Positions 27,501-34,500 of a DNA stretch of 64,000 nucleotides are shown here, in pieces; within the stretch, counting starts at the first letter, position 1, and every line of letters starts with the position of its first letter. The stretch lies in the NCBI GenBank assembly GCA_020056635.1, contig JAGVHI010000004.1, positions 2,782 to 66,781 on the forward strand, read 5' to 3'. A model generated the notes under the pieces. That model ran no database searches. It was given only the letters and a program-made list of their open reading frames with translations, and was not told the origin of the DNA. Source of the DNA: an archaeon (lineage in GTDB: Archaea; Micrarchaeota; Micrarchaeia; Anstonellales; Anstonellaceae). Made by a program: the position numbers and the translations under genes.

Positions 27501-28441
27501 CTGGATTCGCTGATATTGCCCCCGGAGTCTGCCAGCAGCGCTGCGTATGATGCCTGCACGCATATGAACGGGGTGGAAAAATCCGAGTACTGGCTGCTTG
27601 GAAGGAACCCGATTGAGGCATTGCTTTCGTTTTCGCAGTATTGTGAGGCGCACGGTGGCTGGCGCCAGCTTATATTTGCGGTTGAGGGGCCGGAAGGGCC
27701 TGGCCCTATGTTGAGGATGCGCAAGATGAGGGGCACCGAAGGCTCGCCTGATGAGGAGGGGGAGGAAAGCGCCACAAGGTCCGGGGGCTGCTGGCAGGTT
27801 GAATTCGAAAGGGAGTCCGTGAAGCATGTGAGCGAGACGCAGCAGTCAGAGCTTAAGGAGCATTGCTGGGTTTCTGAGCCGCAGCCGCCGCATGTGCCGT
27901 ACCTGCAAGCCACCCCGCCGCAGCAGTCCGAGCTGTCGATGCAAAACTCGCCTGCTGCGTTGCACACATCTGGAGGCGGGAGAATTAGCGGCTCCCTGCC
28001 GTCCATGCTGTTTCCGCCGCCAGTGGACCTTGAATAGTCAAGCCTTATGTCAAGCGATATATATGGGTCGACCGGCACGTAGCTCGAGGGGACAGTTACC
28101 TTTGCGCTCATGCCCGGGAGAAGCTCGATTGGAGTTGAAAAATTTGTGGAGTTGGTTATGTTCGATGCCCTGTCCCGAATGTATATCGAGTGTAGGAAGA
28201 GCCCCTGCCTTCCTGCGTTTTTTACCATAATGATGAGCCCGTTTTGTATGGCTTTTGCGTCGGTTATTGCAAGCGGCTTCTCATTGAGCCAGTATATTTT
28301 TGACCCTAGGTAGAGGCTCTGCGGGCTTGACGTGAACCCTTGGGTGATGAAATAGACGCAGGACAGGGTGAGTATTATGAGGACTGCAAGCGCGATTAGA
28401 TACTCGGAAGAAGACTGCCCCTTTGAACCTGCGCTGCACAT
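24527..28441 (-). CDS. Giant surface protein (1,304 aa). Order: class III (prepilin-type) signal peptide, conserved N-domain, knottin-like Cys modules, about 4 CARDB-like domains, and a ~410-aa uncharacterised C-terminal domain.
   Basis: 'MCSAGSKG|QSSSEYLIALAVLIILTLSCVYFI' (Q+1, E+5, hydrophobic helix). CARDB-like end motifs 'SEADEWDEANNEWNYTVPCG', 'FEQNESNNRWNATVHCG' and 'INESDETNNQWNYTAQC'. Many N-x-S/T sequons. Confidence 0.85.
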   Translation of the reverse strand: MCSAGSKGQSSSEYLIALAVLIILTLSCVYFITQGFTSSPQSLYLGSKIYWLNEKPLAITDAKAIQNGLIIMVKNAGRQGLFLHSIYIRDRASNITNSTNFSTPIELLPGMSAKVTVPSSYVPVDPYISLDIRLDYSRSTGGGNSMDGREPLILPPPDVCNAAGEFCIDSSDCCGGVACRYGTCGGCGSETQQCSLSSDCCVSLTCFTDSLSNSTCQQPPDLVALSSPSSSGEPSVPLILRILNIGPGPSGPSTANISWRQPPCASQYCENESNASIGFLPSSQYSDFSTPFICVQASYAALLADSGGNISESSEINNFAEIPVPCISCRNATQYCSAWFSNETCCTGLTCEGESTPYARCCYAEGSGTCALNPECCFGLVCIGGICSQCLPEGQSCAATSECCSGLLCDTLNSGNCVSCLPKGGECSSGSDCCSGTCDTGLFPNSCSGKPDLTPSADLAALSSQHNVSIPFNVSISIKNEGDEPVPIQTLAQVQFRGANLTSYNTTAPLAPGATHYRNATLNCTSSGGFEFRVIADASSEADEWDEANNEWNYTVPCGSLPDLRSGVNMLQLLLPKQINVSSSQTIYTYNYGTNSSPPSHTHVFFNGALIANFSMPTMSYGTWLNSTSITCPDYGLYEFQTVADAQGEVFEQNESNNRWNATVHCGEVGDLAASASLESLSIPHLVGVPFIVTTYTKNLGNVIAYPTWTYAYQNDTLAANFSTGLIYPLMNKTQNVTLNCTAPGPALFTLLADAANSINESDETNNQWNYTAQCANESTYALAISANNTAPDVLDPVFFNYTLVPDAPVGSTIDFTWNLGPTNCYDGVLPDGTLNNGAGMDKNATPSIRFLCPTLPAYGGPAPVSLVLNIMLANGTIIPVVSNSLSIPVDFCSRAGCPYESYDDVLLVLNNASAESQQIGNYFAQARGVMHILNITNLTAIYMDVTEPYAESHIRQPIRDYLSSNNLTQKINYIVLTRGVPFRFHGCPVYDDYYSIDAHLVSISQNFCDNHLGPPTMPYYSGTYDAMPVFSSAKMGGTYLATRLNGYTVQNSTSMVDRAYGNKNNGIFVFDKSLWGGYINYPHNVRMDTAMSRLQAMGVDPSRFVVDTDGSIYIHNQPNVLMYISWGYNDAQSRSSMAEWYTYHAAPNNTWAPGGIGEYLYSYSSYFIDYSYDNYFTPNVRLSSNVTFPAGTLISWGSYRLPNGTYYPNGTLLAYETTMVNQTQFWNYSNPWGGYIGDMVAEGAAGAMGEVTEPNVHAPSYSDLLFPRYYQGYNLADAFYSSSNYARHMDIYQGDPKGRLRDE

Positions 28442-28466
28442 CGCACAAATAGGGCGCGCATGCTGC

Positions 28467-28479
28467 TTTTAATATTATA
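28467..28479 (-). promoter_or_regulatory. TATA-like box upstream of the 1,304-aa gene
   Basis: The minus strand reads 'tataatattaaaa', centred about 32 nt upstream of the ATG at 28441. Confidence 0.35.
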
Positions 28480-28552
28480 CTCCAGAGCTTGTGCGGGAGA
28501 ATTGGAATTGGCTGCACATTTTAATTCCCGCGCATGTGTTGCGAGCCGGCTT

Positions 28553-31500
28553 TCATTCATTGTTGGGCTGGGTTGGAGGCTGCTGTTTTTCAATCTCCTC
28601 TAAAGCCTCATCAATGACATGCTGGTCCCAGCCCTCTTCTTTCAGCCTGTCAGTTGTGTATTCGCGCGGGAAGCCCAGCTCCTGCGAGTGCCGCATATAT
28701 GCCTTGATCTCCGCAAGATGCTCCTCCTGCGATTTTATTTTCCGCGCCTCCTGCTTCTTCCTCATTGAGGAGAGGGTGATTGCGGCAAGGCCCGAGAGGA
28801 GAGTGAGTGAGACAATAACCTCGAGCGCAAATTGGGGTATCCGCACTTCCTGCTGCTGGGGCAGCGGTGCGGGCAAGTTAGGAGAGGAGATTGGCGGATT
28901 TAGGATTCGGAGCGCCTGCTCTGAAATTTTGCCGAAGAGCCAGGCGATGGTGCCGCTGGAGCCGTTGCCCCCAAGCGGCGGAGTGATGAGCCCGAACGGG
29001 TCCGATCCCTGGTTTGCAAGCGAGCAGTTGGATAGGAGAGGGGGCATCCCGTCCTCTGTCCCGCATGAGCTCAAGTCTGTGCACAAACGCTCCTGTGTCC
29101 TGTTCTGCAAGCAGGGGCCCCAAAGCGTGCATTCCCAGTTTGGCGTGCAGCCAGAGCCGCCCCTTCCGCCCCCTCCTCCGCCGGAGCTGCCCGAACCGCC
29201 AGAACCTCCCCCGGGGCCTGATGGCGCGCATGCGGCGCACGGGCCGCCGCAATCAACCCCAGCCTCGCCGTTATTCTGAACCCCGTCTGAGCATGTGGGG
29301 CACGCAGCGCATGAGCCTCCGCAATCGATTCCAGTTTCCTGCCCGTTCAGCACGCCATCAGAGCAGGTGGGGCATGTGATGCATGAGCCTCCGCAATCAT
29401 TGCCGGTCTCGTCCCCGTTTTGCATTCCATCGGTGCAGGAGGAGCTTGAGCCGCATGCCCAATAGAGCGTGGGCCGGTCGCTTGCAGTGCCGCAGGAATT
29501 TTCATCGTAGCAAGTGCGTGAGAGCTGCCCGCTCCCTTCACAATCTTCTTCCCAGCCCGAGCATATCCAGGATTCGGGGCAGATGCCATCAAGGCGGAAG
29601 AAGCCAACTTCGAATGGGAGCAGCGTGGGCGAGAACGTAGCGCCCGAATGCGGGATTATTTCGTAGCCCGTTGCAGTGACCTTGGTGATGCCCCCTATAT
29701 TCTCGTTGAAGGTGATTGTTGGGGAAACCGAAACGTTGCGCTTGTTGATAACTGTCATTGCCCTGTGCGGTGAGCTCACTGCGAATATTTCCAGCAAATC
29801 GTCCTGCGAGCCTGCTGCAGCCATCTGGGCGCCGTAGGGGTTGAGAGAGCTGAACAGCTTGCGAACGCCAAACATCGGAGTCGTTGAGAAGTTGTCAAGC
29901 GGCGAGGCTGACCACATGCCGTATCCGTACATGTGCTTGACGCCCCGGTCATGATAAACGCCCGGATAGCCCGACGTGTCGGCAACGTAGCGTGGGTCAG
30001 GGGTGTTGTAGCCGCGCGAATTCCCCTCAAAGTGCATCTCGTGGGTTGCGTTGCTCCTTGCAAGCCAGTTTAGCATTGAAGCCCCCCACATTGCGCCGTA
30101 GTCCCCTTTGAGCGGGTTGAACTCCGGTACGTACATTATTGGCGGGATGCAGGTGTCGCAGAGCGCAAAATTGTATTCCGAGTATGCCATCAGGGGTGTG
30201 TCGTTTCCTGGTCTGAATTGCCTGATTTTTGAGTAAGCCCAGTTCGGGACCACGTAGCCGTAATAGTAGGTGTTGTTGTCGTAGTCGTGCAGCGACACGA
30301 AATCCGCATTCGTGCGGTTCAGGAATTGCGCAAGCTGCGGGTAGGAATCGTCCGCCATTATGCCTGCCGAATCCCATCCGCCGACTTTGGCGGTTGGGAC
30401 GCGCGATTTTATTGCGGAATATGCGGTGTTGAAGAAATTTATGAAATTTTCCGGGCGCGAATCAGACTGGTTGAAGTCTGCCCAGTCGTTCGGGTGATTA
30501 TGGCCCGAGCATCCTTCCTTGCCGTCAACCTCGTTCCCTATTGCCCAGTACCAATCGCTGAAGTTGCCGCAGAAATTCCAGGTCCCGTTCGTGCATAGGC
30601 TGTAGAAATGCTCGGTTACATCGGCAAAGTAGCCCGCACACTGGGCGAAGTCGGTCGGGACGCTGTAGTTTTCGCCGCAGTGGTTCACTCTGGTAACCAT
30701 CATTTCGCCAGGGCACCCGACCCCGTTGGAATCCTCAAAATTCACGTAGGGGGTTGCGCTCAAGTTGAGAAGGACGTGCCTGATGTCGCGCTCCAGGTTG
30801 GTGTAGTTGTACTGGCCGCTTCCGCTCCAGTTGTACGGCACCGTGTTGTAAAGGATGCTCTCGGGTCTTGCGCCGTATGAGTTTATGTACGGGTCAGGAC
30901 CGGGCCAGAAGGCCGCGCCAAACGGGTGTATCCTCACGCGAATGTAGGAAGTGCCCACATCGCGGTAGTGCTGGAGTATCTCGGGTGAGGTCCAGTAGTT
31001 TTCGTCCTTGCCGTTGTAGCCGTAGTGCAGCCCGACCTGCTTTGTGCCCCTTGAGAAATCCACGCTTGCAATAGGGGTTATGCTGAAGTTTCCGGAGAGC
31101 AGAACGCTGTTTATGCTGATTAGGTGGCCCCCGTGAGTGCAGGCGCTTGCCTTGCGCAGCCGGAGAGTGTGGCTCCCTGCAGTTATTGGGATGGTGAGGT
31201 TGAGGTAGGAATAACTGCTGCCGTTCACGTCAAAGACTGCCTGCTGCGCCCCGTCCAGGTCCACTGCAAGCCGCCGAGGTTCAGGCGGGCATAATGAGGC
31301 GCCGCCTGCGGCGGATATTGAAACTGATGCAGAGGAATCGGAATCGAAAGTGATGTTCATGGAGTGGTTGAGGACCTGCCCGTACTGCGGGACGGTGCCT
31401 ATGTAAAGCGCGCGCATCCCATACTGGCCGGCAATCTTGCCGCCCCACAGCATTTCGTAAGAGTGCGTTTCATGGGCCTGCTCCGAAGGGGGGCGAGTGC

Positions 31501-34500
31501 TTGCGGATATCAGGGTTGTGCCGCAGAGGCGGGTGGGGAAATAGATTGTCCCCTGGGATGAGGAGTCGAGCAGCATGTCCTGGGGCAGGCCGCAGCTTTC
31601 TGCCCGTACATAGTATGCTGTTGATGGTCTGAGGTCGGCGAGCAGGATGCTGGTTGCGCCGACGTGCGTGAAAGGCAGCAGGGTGACGTTCTCAAGCTCG
31701 TTCCCGTACGTGGAGAAAACTGCCGCATAGTCGCGGGTTGCAACGCCCTTGGCAGTCCCGTCGGCTGATGAGAGGCGTTCAAAGAACATTGCAGGCGAGC
31801 TGACCTGGCTGCTGTTGAACACATAGAGCACGTTTAGGAAATTGTCAAACGTGCTTGGCACTGTCGGGGATATCTCTATCCTCCACTTTCCAGCATGCTC
31901 GTCCGGCCCCAGAGCAGACGTGTTCGGGTAGTTCCTGCCGTCAACCCAGAACTCGTAGCCGCTGCCGCCTATGCGGGTTAGGTTCCAGCCGTTTGGGCCC
32001 GGAAGGACGGTCTGCACCGCAAGCCCGATGTAGTTTGATTTTATGAAAGTGGTGTTGCTGTAATTGCCGTTGAAAGCCGTGCCGTTGAAAACTTCTATGT
32101 GGCCGGGCACGTCTGAGGAGATTAGGGACCCGACTATGGTGGGCTGGTCCTGGAAGTGCATCACGAAGCTTTTCCTGAAAGACGGGTCGGTTGAGTTGAC
32201 GCGGTCAAATATCACAATGTTCCATACGTTTAGGTTGCTCCAGTTTGACGGCGGGGCATGGTATGGGGAGTACAGGTTTGCTGGCTTTCCATCCTTGAAA
32301 AACACTATTTCGCGCGTGAAATTTGAGAGCTTGGAGCGGTTGTAGGAAAGCGTCGCATCCCCGGAAATATATAAGTAATTTTCGTTTGCTTCATAGTGCG
32401 GTATTGAGCCTGCGTCGTATGCGGGGGTGTTTGTGAGCTGGTCGTACGTGAATATGCGGGGGAACATCATCTGCCCGCCATCATTCGAAACGTTGCGTAT
32501 TATTCCTGAATCGTTCCAAAGCAGGATGTTGCCCTCCCCGTCGCTGAATGACTCGTTCGGGTCATAAACTGTTATTGTGTTGTGCGCTATTGTGCGCTGG
32601 TAGTAGTTGCTCCAGTGAGGTGAGCCGTAACCTCCTGCAGGGCCGTATGCGCCGGAATCCACAACCTGGTCGCCCAAGTAATAAAGCGAGAAGCTGTTTG
32701 CGTCGCGGTGCAGGTGGCCTGAGCGCTGCTTGGGGTTGTTTGAGAAGGTGAGCCAGACCGAGTCATTGCCCCAGCTTGTGCGCGAAACAAGCGTGCCGGA
32801 ATTGCGGGAGAACCAGTCCAGTGGAAGTTCCGTGTAATTCCTCCTGTTTGCAGTCTCGTCAAACCAGAGCAGTTCCCAGAGCCGGTTGTACCAGCGGTAT
32901 GTCTGCTCAAAATTGTTCTGGTGCGTTGAGATGAACCAGTTCGCATATTCGTTGTAGGGCGAATTTCCGTAGTAGGATATTATGGAGGGGGCAGTCTGCC
33001 CAAGCGAGGGAGGGGGGCCGTAAACGTCGTAGTCGCCCCAGCTTGCCTTGTAATCGTTTGGCTTGAGCAGGTAGGCGTTGTGGTTGATTACTCGCAGCTG
33101 CAGCCAGGGGTTCTGCGCAAACCAGTCAGTGCCTGTTGCAGTTGTGAGCTTTGCGGCCATGGAAGTGTGAGTCGGCATTCCGGAGAAGCTGTAGCCTGTG
33201 CCCCAGTTCCATCCCCCATTGTCAGAGCCGGTGTAATTATAGATTCGGTAGAACTCAAGGAAGCGGGCGTATGCGATATCAGTCTGGTTGAGCACCAATT
33301 CAGCAAGCGTTGCGTTCTGTGCCTCAAGGTCAGGGTCGTACGCGAGCGCAAGCAGCGCGGTCGCCCAGCCGGAGTTCACCTCGAAAGAGTGGCTGAACAC
33401 GTTTGCGTCGCTCTCGTCCGCAAAATCACGCCAATGGTAGTAGGTTGAAAAGCGCGCGAGTGCCGTACTGAAGTTGGCGCGCTCCTCAGAGGAAAGGTTG
33501 TTGTAGAGCCAGTCGTACGCAAGCCCGGATTCCGAGCTCCATGCAGTGTAGAAATATTCCGCATCGTCCTTTCCAGAAAGCGCTGTGCTCGGATCGTCGT
33601 CCCAATAGTTCCATGTCGCATTGTACGTTGCAAGCAGCGTGTTTAGCTCGCGGAGCATGAATTTCGAGCGGTTAAGGTATGTTTCGTTGTCCGTCATCCA
33701 GTATAGGAACGTGCCTATCCGGATAAGCGAGCCCCATGAGCCGCCGTATGAAGTCGGGTAGCCCTCTCCACAGACATTTGCCTGCGAGAGGTTGGATGTG
33801 TTTAGCAGCACTGCGACCCAGTTTGCCTGGTTTGGCGAGGACATGTTGCAAGCCCAAGTGGCACGGCCGTTTGTCTGGTTCTCGTATTCTGATTTGAGCA
33901 CGTTGAAATCGTCGGTTAGGAGCGGCGTACCCAAATCGAGCTTCTGCCTGATGACTGGAATCATTTCCTGCGTCACGTAAAGGCGTGGGTGGTCCTCACG
34001 AATCGATATATTGTGCCCGGGGGACTGGAAGTTCATGATAAGGAATTTTGAGCTCACATTGCCGCATTGGATGTAGTATGTGTTGAGGTTGTTAGTCTCG
34101 TCCGACTCGTTCACCTCGAGCCTTGCATCCGCCTCAAGCACAAGCTCAAGCACCCCATCATGCATGCAGCGCAAATTCAATTCATCAATATCCGATTCGC
34201 CCGAAGCAAGCATTGGGGCATCCGCATGCGCAACCTCCTGGCCGTCAAAAGTCGCGTAAGTCGAGGATTCCGAGGCATTTGCGCTGCCCCTGTTCGTTGT
34301 GGTGAGATTGAAGGTGAAAGTCGAGTTCAGCTCGTGGGGGATATAGAATTCCTCTTCGCTTGCAGTCGCAACCAAATCTGGCATCGGGGGGAGGCAGTCC
34401 GCATAGCCATCCCAATGGTTGTTCGATTCGTTGGTCTCGTTTTGCTCGTTTGCCGCATCAACCGACAGTTGCAAATCAAGCCTTCCCTCCTGCCTGCAAG

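Noticed and set aside
29150-29221. GGN-rich simple-sequence tract
   Set aside because: It is in frame within the giant CDS and encodes a Gly/Ser linker between the Cys-repeat stalk modules. It is not an independent repeat element.
28491-29279. 262-aa plus-strand ORF, and many similar ones (27393..28037, 34419..35123, 35124..35636, 34067..34528, 33080..33448), opposite the giant genes
   Set aside because: They lie entirely antisense to or out of frame with the 1,304-aa and 2,495-aa CDSs. They have low-complexity S/P/R/A-rich translations and no motifs. These are typical shadow ORFs of long GC-rich genes.
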